A DNA stretch of 64,000 nucleotides, from NCBI GenBank assembly GCA_963663965.2, contig CAXXFK010000029.1, forward strand, positions 96,001 through 160,000, read 5' to 3'. The DNA comes from Sedimentisphaerales bacterium (GTDB lineage Bacteria > Planctomycetota > Phycisphaerae > Sedimentisphaerales > SM23-30). The stretch's first letter is position 1. Every line of letters starts with the position of its first letter. Shown here piece after piece: positions 1-9,893 of this stretch. The position numbers and the translations under genes were made by a program. The notes beneath the pieces are model-generated. The model did no database searches. It was not told the DNA's origin and was given only the letters and a program-made list of their open reading frames with translations.

Positions 1-1
1 C

Positions 2-253
2 GAATACATGGTCCTGCTGGGCAGTGAAGTCAGCCATCCGCTCTATGAGGAAGTATTATATGGCAAAGTCTTTTGCGACAGCGCTTATATCGAGGAAGGA
101 CCAGTGCGTGTTACTGCCGGTATCGGCCTGGAGATCGTAATTCCCCAGTTGTTCCAGATGGTGCCGATGCATTTTGATTTCGGAGTGCCAATTGTGGAAG
201 ATGATGAAGATGAAAATCAGTTATTCAGCTTTAACTTTGGCATGACTTTTTAA
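2..253 (+). CDS. bamA: Outer membrane protein assembly factor BamA, C-terminal fragment (5' truncated by window)
   Basis: Open frame from window start ending in beta-signal FSFNFGMTF; 'R.TAGIGL...P.HFDFG.PI' barrel pattern; directly upstream of skp-lpxD synteny. Confidence 0.85.
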   Translation, partial: EYMVLLGSEVSHPLYEEVLYGKVFCDSAYIEEGPVRVTAGIGLEIVIPQLFQMVPMHFDFGVPIVEDDEDENQLFSFNFGMTF

Positions 254-439
254 TTGGAAGCGGCCTTGGTTTATTGGCGGGCTGTTGCCGATTTGCCTTA
301 CGAGTGACTGGACAGATGACTTTTGAGCCTGTCCGTGATATGATTACTGAGCTGATCATCATACTGATCGAATCAGGATAGTACAACATAGAATATATAA
401 CTATGGAGATATAAACACCTTAAAGAAAGGATTGCCATT

Positions 440-1048
440 ATGAAACGGACTATGTTGCTGGTGACAGGATTGTGTATTCTATTGGTATTGGCACTGATCA
501 TGAACAGGACAGATGCCCAGACCCAGGCACCTCAGCGTCCGATCAAGATCGCGGTGTTGAATGTTTCAAAAATTATTGTAGAGTGTCAGGAATATCTGGA
601 TAAAGACAAGGAAGTCAAGGAAAAACAGCGCGAACTGCAAAGTGAACTTGAAGTGCTCGATAAAGAGACCGCCGCCATCGAACAGGAACTGAAAACGGTC
701 TTGCAACCCGGTTCGGCAGATTATAAATCCCGCTTGAAGGAATGGTTCGATAAGAGCGCCAAAGTCAAGGCGCTGGGTGAGTATGAAAAAGAGATGATGA
801 AAGATGAAACCTACTCCTGGACGCAAGAGCTATATGTCAAATTGCAGGATACCACCAAACGGATCGCCCGGCGTGATGGGTATACACTGGTAATGAATAC
901 CATTGACATGCAGGATAATTTCCGTACTCTGACCGATTTGTACGCGTTTATCCGAAGCCGCCAGATCATATACAATATACCTGAAATCGACATTACCGCC
1001 AAAGTGATTGAAGAAATGGACGCTGATTACGATAAAACCAAAAAATAA
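440..1048 (+). CDS. skp: OmpH/Skp periplasmic chaperone
   Basis: Signal peptide, KIAVLNV N-terminal strand, long coiled coil, 'IARRDGYTLV...DITAKVI' C-terminus; between bamA and lpxD. Confidence 0.85.
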   Translation: MKRTMLLVTGLCILLVLALIMNRTDAQTQAPQRPIKIAVLNVSKIIVECQEYLDKDKEVKEKQRELQSELEVLDKETAAIEQELKTVLQPGSADYKSRLKEWFDKSAKVKALGEYEKEMMKDETYSWTQELYVKLQDTTKRIARRDGYTLVMNTIDMQDNFRTLTDLYAFIRSRQIIYNIPEIDITAKVIEEMDADYDKTKK

Positions 1049-1105
1049 TTTAGGTGTTTTCGATTCTTTTTGGAAACAAGCGTTTTTTTTAACAGGCATC
1101 TGCCA

Positions 1106-2146
1106 ATGTTGATCAGTGAGATAGCCAGATTAATTGATGGACAGTTTGAAGACGATAGAGATATATCCGTTACAGGTATCGCTTCGTTAGGTCAGGCGGG
1201 TCCGGAAGAAATCTCGTTTATCTCCGATGAGCAATACGCCGCCCAGTTCAAAGAGACCCTGGCCGGCGCCGTCATCGTGTCTGTGGGATATGCCGGCACA
1301 ATGCCGGATTGTCCCACGATCCGGGTGGCGGATGTGCCGGCTGCCCTGGACAGGATTCTGGAGATGTTTGCTCCTGCACCCGATTATCCAGCCGTTGGGA
1401 TTCATCCGCAGGCTTGGGTCGATCCTGCCGTGGAACTGGGAGAACAGGTGGCCATTGGCGCCCACGTGAGCGTGGGTGCGGGTACAAGAATCGGCGCGAA
1501 TAGTGTTCTTTATCCGGGGTGTCGTATCGGCCGGGATGTCGTGATTGGCTCTAACTGTATTTTATATTCCAATGTTGTTATCAATCGGCGCTGTTGTCTG
1601 GGGGAACGTGTTATTATCCATCCCAACAGTACGATTGGAGCCGATGGTTTTGGGTATCGACTGGTGGATGGCCGGCATCGCAAAATCCCTCATATTGGAA
1701 ATGTGGTGATTGAAGATGATGTTGAAATTGGCGCGAACAGTTGTGTTGACCGGGCAAAATTCGGTCAGACTATTGTGGGACGCAACACAAAAATCGACAA
1801 CCTGGTTCAGGTTGCTCACAATGTGCGAATTGGCGCATCCTGCATTCTGGTGGCCCAGGTCGGACTGGCGGGTAGTTGCGAACTGGGAAATTATGTCGTG
1901 CTGGGTGGCCAGACGGGTGTGGCGGATCATGTCAAAATCAACGATGGCGCCATGATTGCCGGCCATTCGGGTGTCGTAAGAGAAATTGCCCCCGGATCGA
2001 AAGAAATGGGGTTGCCATCCAAAAAGATCAAAGACTTTTTCCGGGAATGTTCCCTGACGAGTAAATTACCTCAACTATTCAAAGAAGTTAAACTTATCAA
2101 CGAACGATTAAACTGCCTTGAGAAATCAGATCACCATAACCAATAG
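1106..2146 (+). CDS. lpxD: UDP-3-O-acyl-glucosamine N-acyltransferase LpxD
   Basis: Hexapeptide repeats, IGADGFGY, KIPHIG, KIDNLVQVAHNV motifs; start moved to ATG 1106 (MLISEIA). Confidence 0.95.
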   Translation: MLISEIARLIDGQFEDDRDISVTGIASLGQAGPEEISFISDEQYAAQFKETLAGAVIVSVGYAGTMPDCPTIRVADVPAALDRILEMFAPAPDYPAVGIHPQAWVDPAVELGEQVAIGAHVSVGAGTRIGANSVLYPGCRIGRDVVIGSNCILYSNVVINRRCCLGERVIIHPNSTIGADGFGYRLVDGRHRKIPHIGNVVIEDDVEIGANSCVDRAKFGQTIVGRNTKIDNLVQVAHNVRIGASCILVAQVGLAGSCELGNYVVLGGQTGVADHVKINDGAMIAGHSGVVREIAPGSKEMGLPSKKIKDFFRECSLTSKLPQLFKEVKLINERLNCLEKSDHHNQ

Positions 2147-3428
2147 TATTGAGATAACAGGCAAAGCGTTATTTTCCGGCGAGGATGTGACGCTGATCTT
2201 CAGACCGGCTGAGCCTGATACCGGTATCGTATTTGTCCGTTCTGACTTGAACGAACCGGTCAGGATCCCGCTTCACATCGATTCTGTTGCTCATCGGCCA
2301 CGCCGTACGGCCGTTACCGACGGCTCGGTAGCGATTGAAACCGTGGAGCATTGTCTGGCGGCCGTTCACGCGTTGGGAGTGGACAATCTAATTATTGAAC
2401 TGAATGGCGGTGAACTGCCCAATATCGACGGCAGTTGTGAACCGTTTGCCGCCAAATTGCTGGAGGCAGGTTTTACGGAACTGGACAAGCCCCGCGAGGT
2501 CTTTGTCATTGAAGAACCGGTTACGATCAAGAATGGCGACGCCGTTCTTTACGCGCTTCCGGATAAAAATGATCAGTTGAGCATCATTTACGATTTGCAT
2601 TATCAGCATCCGCTGGTAGGTCGGCAATTATATCAGTTTAATTTAACAGTCGACGCCTTTATGAAGGATATCGCACCGGCCCGAACTTTTGTCCTGGAAA
2701 GTGAGGCGCGTGAGTTTCAGGCTCATGGCATCGGAAAACATTTAACGGGACGGGATGTGCTGGTTTTGGCTGAAGAAGGGCCGATCGATAACGAATTTCG
2801 TTATACGGACGAGTGTGTCCGCCATAAAATCGGCGATTTACTGGGTGATTTAATGTTGCTGGGGCGCCCAGTGTTTGGCCGGATTGTCGCTTATCGCAGT
2901 GGGCATCAGTGCAATCAGGCATTGGTTCGTGAACTCAATACTCAGATCCAAAAGCAACTTCACAAGCGAAAGCTGCGCGCCGCCGAACCGTTGTTGGATA
3001 TTCGCAAGATACAGAAAATTTTGCCGCATCGTTATCCGTTTCTTCTGGTTGACCGCGTGATCGAGATCGAAGGGGATCGCCGCGCGGTTGGTATAAAAAA
3101 CGTCACGATGAACGAATTGTTCTTTCAGGGGCATTTTCCGGGGCAACCGATTATGCCGGGGGTATTGATCTTGGAGGCGCTGGCCCAGATGTCGGGCCTG
3201 TTGTTCGCACAACGATTGGAGCATACCGGGCAATTGGCCGTGTTGTTGAGCATGGATAAATGCAAGATGCGCAAGCCGGTGGTTCCAGGGGACCAATTGA
3301 TATTGGATGTTGAGGCGGTTCGGATCAAAAACCGTACCGGGGATTGCCGGTGCAAGGCGCTGGTTGGCGATACGGTTGTTGCTGAGGCCCAGATCCGGTT
3401 TATCCTGGTTGATGCCGATCCGGTATGA
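2118..3428 (+). CDS. lpxC/fabZ: Bifunctional LpxC deacetylase / FabZ 3-hydroxyacyl-ACP dehydratase
   Basis: LpxC motifs TVEHCLAA, RHKIGDLLGDL, SGH; FabZ motifs LPHRYPFLLVD and GHFP..PIMPGVLILEALAQ in one frame; TTG start overlapping lpxD. Confidence 0.95.
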   Translation: MRNQITITNSIEITGKALFSGEDVTLIFRPAEPDTGIVFVRSDLNEPVRIPLHIDSVAHRPRRTAVTDGSVAIETVEHCLAAVHALGVDNLIIELNGGELPNIDGSCEPFAAKLLEAGFTELDKPREVFVIEEPVTIKNGDAVLYALPDKNDQLSIIYDLHYQHPLVGRQLYQFNLTVDAFMKDIAPARTFVLESEAREFQAHGIGKHLTGRDVLVLAEEGPIDNEFRYTDECVRHKIGDLLGDLMLLGRPVFGRIVAYRSGHQCNQALVRELNTQIQKQLHKRKLRAAEPLLDIRKIQKILPHRYPFLLVDRVIEIEGDRRAVGIKNVTMNELFFQGHFPGQPIMPGVLILEALAQMSGLLFAQRLEHTGQLAVLLSMDKCKMRKPVVPGDQLILDVEAVRIKNRTGDCRCKALVGDTVVAEAQIRFILVDADPV

Positions 3429-3506
3429 TTACAGTGAATGGCGGTTCGAAAAAATATAACACAATCTTGCTCCGGCGAGTAAGAAAATTTTTCAGTAAGT
3501 GAAATT

Positions 3507-4325
3507 ATGAATGACAGGAATCAGATTGCTCCGACCGCCATGGTTGACCCGACGGCTCAACTGGGGAGCGATATTCAAATCGGTTCGGGTAGTGTGATCG
3601 GCCCGGGGGTAACCATTGGCGATGGATGCCGGATCGGCAGCCATGTCATTATCGTTCGTGGAACGACGCTGGGTCGGAATAACCGGATATTCCATGGGTG
3701 TATTCTTGGTGAGGAACCCCAGATGCTGCATGGCTGCGATCCAGAGACCCGGTTGGAGATCGGCGAGGGGAATGTGATCCGGGAATATGTGACCATCCAT
3801 CGCGGCACTCCCGAAGGCGCCGGAGTGACGCGAATCGGCAATGGAAATTTTTTCATGGTTGGCTCTCACCTGGGCCATGATTGCATCGTGGAGGACCATG
3901 TTGTTCTGACCAACAGTTGTCATATTGGCGGGCATGGTAAACTGGAACGACGAGCCTGGCTGAGCGGCGGCGTCATGACCCATCAGTTTGTCACGATCGG
4001 CTGCTTTGCCTATGTGGCGGGGCAATCGGCAGTCAGCCATGATATACCGCCGTTTGTCCGGGTATCCGGGAGTTATCCCTGTGAAGTACGGGGTATTAAT
4101 TCGGTCGGATTACAGCGGGGAGGATTGACCGAGGCCAGTATCCAGACTTTACTGCGTTTATACCGTCAACTGTATCGCAAGCGCCAAGGACGCTCCATTT
4201 TGACGCTTGTACAAGAATTGCTGAACGATAATCAATGGGATGAGCATGCCCGTTATCTACTGGAATCAATCCAAAGAAGCGGAGAACATCGGATGGGTCG
4301 TTATCGAGAGCAATTCCGACATTAG
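3507..4325 (+). CDS. lpxA: Acyl-ACP--UDP-GlcNAc acyltransferase LpxA, paralog 1 (divergent)
   Basis: Left-handed beta-helix repeats, IREYVTIHRGT, catalytic HLGHDC, HQF, DIPPF, GINSVGLQR. Confidence 0.85.
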   Translation: MNDRNQIAPTAMVDPTAQLGSDIQIGSGSVIGPGVTIGDGCRIGSHVIIVRGTTLGRNNRIFHGCILGEEPQMLHGCDPETRLEIGEGNVIREYVTIHRGTPEGAGVTRIGNGNFFMVGSHLGHDCIVEDHVVLTNSCHIGGHGKLERRAWLSGGVMTHQFVTIGCFAYVAGQSAVSHDIPPFVRVSGSYPCEVRGINSVGLQRGGLTEASIQTLLRLYRQLYRKRQGRSILTLVQELLNDNQWDEHARYLLESIQRSGEHRMGRYREQFRH

Positions 4326-4469
4326 CTGGCGCCAACAGGCAGTTGTATGCAATTCATGAACTGTTGGCGATTCGTTTAGTAAAATCGAGATCAGCTTTTT
4401 TAGATTTCGATAGATCTTTTAATTTTAACGAAACGATTGATTGGTCGTTTCATGGAATAGAGAAAGACA

Positions 4470-5342
4470 ATGTCTGAGATTTCCAAATTAGCCGTAATAC
4501 ACCCTTCCGCCAGAATCGGCGAAGAGGTCAAAATTGGACCTTTCTGTGTGATTGACGAAGATACCGAGATTGGCGATGGCTGTATTCTGCACAATAATGT
4601 GACGATCGGAAGTCATACACGAATTGGTAAAAAAAATGTATTTTACCAGAATGTCGTGATTGGTGTCGCACCCCAGGATCTGAAATATCGCGGGGCGCCC
4701 ACCCGAACGGTGGTGGGAGATCACAACGTTTTTCGTGAATGCGTGACGGTGCATCGCGGCACGGAAAATGGCGGGGGGGAAACGGTGATAGGCAACAATG
4801 GATTGTATATGGTAGCATGCCATATCGCCCACGATTGTCATCTGGGTAACCGGATTATCCTGGGCAATCAATCGCAACTGGCCGGTCATGTGTCCATTGA
4901 AGACGGGGTGGTCATTTCCGGGTTGATCGGCATACACCATTTCGTCACCGTCGGCCGTTACAGTTACATCGCCGGCATGACTCCGGTGCGCCGGGATGTG
5001 CCGCCTTATGTCAAATTTGCCGGCGATCCTAATGAAGTTCGCGGCATCAATGATGAAGGCTTGAAACGAAATGATCTGACCAGCGAAGATATTGAATCTT
5101 TATGGCTTGCTTTTCGGCAATTATACCGTGGAGAGAGCCGAAATATCTCACAAATTGTGGATGAGATGCTGGATACTGGCGTCTTAAATCCACATGTTCG
5201 CTATATGTGCGAATTTTTACAACGGAGTTTACAAAATCGTTATGGCCGGTTCAAAGAGCTGGTCCGAACGGATGGGAACGTTCCCAAGGCCGGACGTCAG
5301 GCCTTTGAGGTGCGTGACGATTTCGATGACTTATCTCAATAA
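4470..5342 (+). CDS. lpxA: Acyl-ACP--UDP-GlcNAc acyltransferase LpxA, paralog 2
   Basis: PQDLKY, FRECVTVHRGT, HIAHDC, LAGHV, DVPPY motifs. Confidence 0.92.
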   Translation: MSEISKLAVIHPSARIGEEVKIGPFCVIDEDTEIGDGCILHNNVTIGSHTRIGKKNVFYQNVVIGVAPQDLKYRGAPTRTVVGDHNVFRECVTVHRGTENGGGETVIGNNGLYMVACHIAHDCHLGNRIILGNQSQLAGHVSIEDGVVISGLIGIHHFVTVGRYSYIAGMTPVRRDVPPYVKFAGDPNEVRGINDEGLKRNDLTSEDIESLWLAFRQLYRGESRNISQIVDEMLDTGVLNPHVRYMCEFLQRSLQNRYGRFKELVRTDGNVPKAGRQAFEVRDDFDDLSQ

Positions 5343-5390
5343 TCGTTGATAGATAGAATCTGATGGCGACAGGAATAGAAAGACAGAATT

Positions 5391-6443
5391 ATGAATAAAC
5401 TAAGAACTGCAGTCATAGGTGCCGGTAAAATGGGCCGTTTGCATAGCCGGATATACAGTCAGATGGATGAAGTGAGCCTGGTCGCCATTGTGGATCAGGA
5501 CATTGAAAAATCCCGGGAACTGACCGGGCAGTTTGGCGGCGAGGCACTGACCGATCCGGCAGGGTTGAACGGCAAGGTGGACGCCGTGACGGTTGCCGTG
5601 CCAACCGAGTGCCATGAAGCCATTGCCAGTCCGCTGTTGAAGCAAGGTGTGGCTGTGCTGGTCGAAAAACCGATCGCCGATTCCAGGGAGAAAGGCCAGC
5701 GAATGCTGGAACTGGCCAAAGCGAATAATTGTATTTTGCAGGTGGGGTATTCCGAGCGATTTAACCCAGTGAGTCAGGCGATGAACCGGCTGGGAGTCAA
5801 GCCGCGTTTTATTGAGTCGAACCGAATTTCGCCTTTTACGTTCCGTTCGACCGATGTGGGGGTGGTTCTGGATATGATGATCCACGATATCGATATTATT
5901 TTGTCTCTTGCCAAGAGTCCGGTGATCGATGTCCATGCAGTAGGTGTCAATGTTCTGGGGGCTCATGAAGATATTGCCAATGTCCGTCTGATTTTTGAAA
6001 ACGGTTGTGTCGCCAATATGATGGCCTCCCGTCTGGCATTGAAGACAGAGCGCCGAATCCGGTTATTCAGTGAGGATGCCTATTTGTCACTGGATTTATT
6101 TAAAAAAACCGGGACGATGATCAGCAAATCCGCGAATATCAATATGCTGCAGGAGTTGCGAAAAGTGATAGGGGAAGACGGCCAGTTGAACCTTTTTGGA
6201 ACTGACTGGAGCAAACTGGTTCATGTTGAAGAGCTCAATATTGATGATAAAGAACCCTTGCGTCTGGAGCAGGAGGCATTTATCAAGGCGGTAATGGAGG
6301 GGGGGCGTCCGGAAGTATCGGCTGAAGACGCGATCGCAGCCATGGAACTGGCTGAACGCATTGTTGACTGTATCGGGAAGCATGAATGGGAAGGTTCCAG
6401 CGCCGCTCATATCAGTCAGACGCACTGGCACGGTTCCAAGTGA
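5391..6443 (+). CDS. Gfo/Idh/MocA family oxidoreductase (GnnA-like UDP-GlcNAc 3-dehydrogenase candidate)
   Basis: GAGKMG Rossmann motif, VLVEKP, ERFNP, DVGVVLDMMIHDID; located directly after lpxA. Confidence 0.85.
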   Translation: MNKLRTAVIGAGKMGRLHSRIYSQMDEVSLVAIVDQDIEKSRELTGQFGGEALTDPAGLNGKVDAVTVAVPTECHEAIASPLLKQGVAVLVEKPIADSREKGQRMLELAKANNCILQVGYSERFNPVSQAMNRLGVKPRFIESNRISPFTFRSTDVGVVLDMMIHDIDIILSLAKSPVIDVHAVGVNVLGAHEDIANVRLIFENGCVANMMASRLALKTERRIRLFSEDAYLSLDLFKKTGTMISKSANINMLQELRKVIGEDGQLNLFGTDWSKLVHVEELNIDDKEPLRLEQEAFIKAVMEGGRPEVSAEDAIAAMELAERIVDCIGKHEWEGSSAAHISQTHWHGSK

Positions 6444-6526
6444 TCCAGTAAGGATTGATGTTACCCTCCGATTGGCGCTCGAAGCTTTTTTATTTGATGG
6501 TTCAGTAGCATGTTGAGGATAGAAAC

Positions 6527-7261
6527 ATGGCACAATTAAATGTAAACATCGATCATGTCGCCACAGTAAGACAGGCGCGGCTTACTAATGAACCTGATCC
6601 GGTCTGGGCCGCGGTAGAATGCGAGCTCGGCGGCGCCAGCGGCATTACCATGCATCTCCGGGAAGATTGCCGGCATATTCAACCCCGGGATGTCGAACTG
6701 GTAAAACAGACCGCGGCGGTTATCCTGAATCTCGAAATGGCGATGACCGAAAAAATGATACGCTATGCCTTGAAACTCAAACCAGATCAGGTGACTCTGG
6801 TGCCGGAACGTCGTGAAGAGTTAACCACAGAAGGCGGCCTGGACTGTGTTAAGTTTCAGCGTAAGCTTTCTCAGAGCGTAAAGCGGCTTCAGGAAGAGGG
6901 TGGGATTGCGGTCTCGAGTTTTATCGTTCCTGATGAAAATCAGATCAAAGCCTGCAGCGCGGCGGGATGCAAAGCGATTGAACTGCATACGGGAATGTAC
7001 GCGAATGCTCACACCGAACATCAGGTAGCCAAACGACTGGTAGAACTGGAACGGGCCCGCGATGTGGGCAAAGACTGTGGTCTGATCATTCATGCCGGTC
7101 ATGGTCTGACGTATCGGAATATCGGCCCGATTGCCAGGATTAACGGCCTGGAAGATTTCAATATTGGCCATAGTATTATTTCCCGATCTATTTTTATCGG
7201 CATCCGTCAGGCAACGCGGGAAATGATTCAGCTGATCGATAAATTTTCCAGCTCGAAATAA
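6527..7261 (+). CDS. pdxJ: Pyridoxine 5'-phosphate synthase
   Basis: LNVNIDHVATVRQAR, HLRED.RHI, ELTTEGGLD, HAGHGL, NIGHSII. Confidence 0.97.
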   Translation: MAQLNVNIDHVATVRQARLTNEPDPVWAAVECELGGASGITMHLREDCRHIQPRDVELVKQTAAVILNLEMAMTEKMIRYALKLKPDQVTLVPERREELTTEGGLDCVKFQRKLSQSVKRLQEEGGIAVSSFIVPDENQIKACSAAGCKAIELHTGMYANAHTEHQVAKRLVELERARDVGKDCGLIIHAGHGLTYRNIGPIARINGLEDFNIGHSIISRSIFIGIRQATREMIQLIDKFSSSK

Positions 7262-7800
7262 TTCTTCTCAACGGATCCTGCTTTACCTGACATAATTGTT
7301 ACAAAATTGTATTTCTGAAGAATAACGCAGGAAATTTGTTGGCAATCCGCAATCAGTGTCGTTACATAACTGCTATTAATTAAATAAATTATAAAGTTTT
7401 CAGGCCATTCGAGTAAAAAAACAGAATGAGGATATGAATATTTGGATGTCGGATTATGCTGGCTGTTTTGAGCAGGAATGATAATGGGTAAATCAGCGGA
7501 CGGCTGATTCTTTGCTTGAAAATATGCACCCGTCTTCATACAATACCCAGCCTGACTTGCTTTTGATACCCGATGGGTATGAAAATTCCCGATCGCTCGC
7601 AAGATAAGTTTTTACTCGTGTAGAACTTATATCACGGCCCAGCGGGTCTTTTCAATTGCAAGCATACCAGTATCGTGTTGAGATGCTCCTCAACCGTCAG
7701 GCAACACATTGCTGTTTCATGACATATCAAGCAACCGTTTCGGCATCTCTAACTGTGAGCAGGATTATTCCTGGAACCCTTCCATAACAAGGAGACTGAC

Positions 7801-8673
7801 ATGTTTTCCGGAAGTATTGTAGCGATCGTCACCCCCTTCGATGACGGCAATGTAGACTATGAAACCTTGCGAGAGCTGGTGGATATGCATCTGCGCAGCG
7901 GAACAGACGCGATTGTGCCCTGCGGGACCACTGGTGAATCCCCCACCCTTTCCTATGAAGAGCATAAGCAAGTTATCAAGGTTGTGGTGGATGAGGTGAA
8001 AGGCCGGGTACCCGTCATTGCCGGTTGCGGCTCCAATTCCACTGCAGAGGCCATCGAATTAACCACCTTTGCCAAACAGGTGGGCGCCGATGCCACATTA
8101 CAAGTGTCGCCCTATTACAATAAACCATCCCAGGAAGGCATGTACCGTCATTTTGAGGCGATTGCCGCCGCCGTGGATCTGCCGATTGTGTTGTATAATA
8201 TTCCCGGACGGTGTGTAGTCAATATGACTGCCGATACCATAGCCCGTCTGGCAGAAATTGAACAGATTGTCGCGATCAAGGAGGCCTCCGGCAAGCTGGA
8301 TCAAGTTTCTGAAATCGCGAATAAATGCGATCTGACCCTATTGTCCGGTGATGACAGCCTGACACTTCCCATTGCTTCGGTTGGCGGCAAAGGAGTTATC
8401 TCTGTGGTTGCCAATTTAATTCCAACTGATGTTAAAGCGATGACTGACGCGATATTGGAAGGTGATTTTGGTTCAGCAAGGAAATGGCATAAAAAACTGT
8501 TTAGTCTGGCCAGTTCCCTGCTTGGACTCAGCACCAATCCGGTGCCGATTAAGGCAGCCATGGCAATGATGCAGATGTGTTCAGAAGAAGTCAGACTCCC
8601 CATGGTGGCCCTGGAAGAGTCGCAAAAAGTAATTTTGCGACAATTGCTGGTCGATTATGGCTTGTTAAAATAA
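7801..8673 (+). CDS. dapA: 4-hydroxy-tetrahydrodipicolinate synthase
   Basis: GTTGESPTL, PYYNKP, LYNIPGR, Schiff-base IKEASG, LSGDD, NPVPIK; RBS aggag. Confidence 0.97.
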   Translation: MFSGSIVAIVTPFDDGNVDYETLRELVDMHLRSGTDAIVPCGTTGESPTLSYEEHKQVIKVVVDEVKGRVPVIAGCGSNSTAEAIELTTFAKQVGADATLQVSPYYNKPSQEGMYRHFEAIAAAVDLPIVLYNIPGRCVVNMTADTIARLAEIEQIVAIKEASGKLDQVSEIANKCDLTLLSGDDSLTLPIASVGGKGVISVVANLIPTDVKAMTDAILEGDFGSARKWHKKLFSLASSLLGLSTNPVPIKAAMAMMQMCSEEVRLPMVALEESQKVILRQLLVDYGLLK

Positions 8674-8813
8674 GATGAATGTAATAGTTTTGTAAAAACA
8701 GAACTGAGGTTCCATATTTGACGTTTTAAAATAGATGTTCACTGTATATAATAACGTTAAAGTATCCTGCCACGGTGGGACTGTTTTTTTTGCCCCCAAT
8801 ATTGGAGATTTAT

Positions 8814-9773
8814 ATGAAATCGAGAATAACTACGATAGTTTGCCTGATGATGTTTGCCGTACTGACCAGCCTGGCCAGTGCAGCGGAAAGTGAAAAAAAG
8901 GAGGAAAAAACCATACCCGTCAAAGAAGGGGATAATGCGGTAACCGCCGGGATCGTCAAACCCGCCGCACCAAAGTTTGCTAATGACGATGAAAAAATCA
9001 GTTATATCATTGGTGTACAATTGGGAGAGAGTTTCAAGGCTCAAGATTTGAATATCAGCGCCCAGTTGCTGGCGCGGGGAATAATGGATGTGTTTTCCGG
9101 AAGCGATCTGGCGATCCCCAAGGAAGAGCACCAAGCCATCCTGCAGGCGTATCAGAACAAAATGCGCGAAAAGATGGAAAAAGAGCGTGATGAAATGGAA
9201 GCCAAGATGAAAGAAGAAGGCGAGAAGCAACTTGGCGATAAAGCCTGGAAACTGAATTTAAAAAAGCCTGAGAAGATGACATTCGATGCCAATAAGGATT
9301 ATTTATGGGTTCTGCAAACCAATAAGGGCAAGATCACCATCAAGCTCTGGCCCGATGTGGCTCCGATGCATGTAAGCAGTACGATCTTTCTGACGAAAAA
9401 AGGATTTTACGATGGAATCAAATTTCACCGGGTCATACCAGAATTCATGGCGCAAGGCGGCTGTCCGTTGGGTACGGGCACCGGTGGTCCCGGCTATGAA
9501 TACGATGGCGAATTCAAAGATGATGTCAAACATGACAAGCCTTACCTGTTAAGCATGGCCAATCGGGGGCCCGGTACTGACGGCAGTCAGTTCTTCCTGA
9601 CTTTTAAAGCCACACCCTGGCTGGATGGCAAACATACCATTTTTGGAGAAATTATTGAAGGTAAAGATGTTATGGCCAAGTTTGAGGAGGCTGGAACGCC
9701 ATCCGGCAAACCCAAAGAAGAGTTGTCGATCGAAAAAGCGACAATTGTCGAGAAAGACAAAAACCAGCCATAA
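8814..9773 (+). CDS. Secreted peptidyl-prolyl isomerase: FKBP_N dimerisation domain fused to a cyclophilin domain
   Basis: Signal peptide; DDEKISYIIG..LG...(A)RGI.D FkpA/Mip-like N-domain; cyclophilin FHRVIPEFMAQGG, LSMANRG, GSQFFL, WLDGKHTIFG; start at ATG 8814 after ggag. Confidence 0.9.
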   Translation: MKSRITTIVCLMMFAVLTSLASAAESEKKEEKTIPVKEGDNAVTAGIVKPAAPKFANDDEKISYIIGVQLGESFKAQDLNISAQLLARGIMDVFSGSDLAIPKEEHQAILQAYQNKMREKMEKERDEMEAKMKEEGEKQLGDKAWKLNLKKPEKMTFDANKDYLWVLQTNKGKITIKLWPDVAPMHVSSTIFLTKKGFYDGIKFHRVIPEFMAQGGCPLGTGTGGPGYEYDGEFKDDVKHDKPYLLSMANRGPGTDGSQFFLTFKATPWLDGKHTIFGEIIEGKDVMAKFEEAGTPSGKPKEELSIEKATIVEKDKNQP

Positions 9774-9830
9774 GTTTACTATACGGACTTTTTTCAAGCT
9801 GACAGGGTTGATTCAAGTCTGAAATTGTCG

Positions 9831-9877
9831 AAAAAAAAACCGCCGGAATCGGATAAGATTCACCGGCGGTTTTGTTT
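9831..9877. terminator. Bidirectional intrinsic terminator between convergent PPIase and cheX
   Basis: A9-CCGCCGG ... CCGGCGG-TTTTGTTT inverted repeat. Confidence 0.8.
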
Positions 9878-9893
9878 ATCGCAGGAAAACGTA

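Noticed and set aside
2118..3428. lpxC-fabZ fusion as a novelty
   Set aside because: Well-known fusion in Bacteroidota and several other phyla
7228..7602. 124-aa minus-strand ORF between pdxJ and dapA
   Set aside because: No RBS or recognisable motif, AT-rich intergenic composition, overlaps the pdxJ end
7620..7800. Lysine riboswitch before dapA
   Set aside because: Lacks the AGAGG-GC start and the length and helices of the L-box; kept only as a generic structured leader
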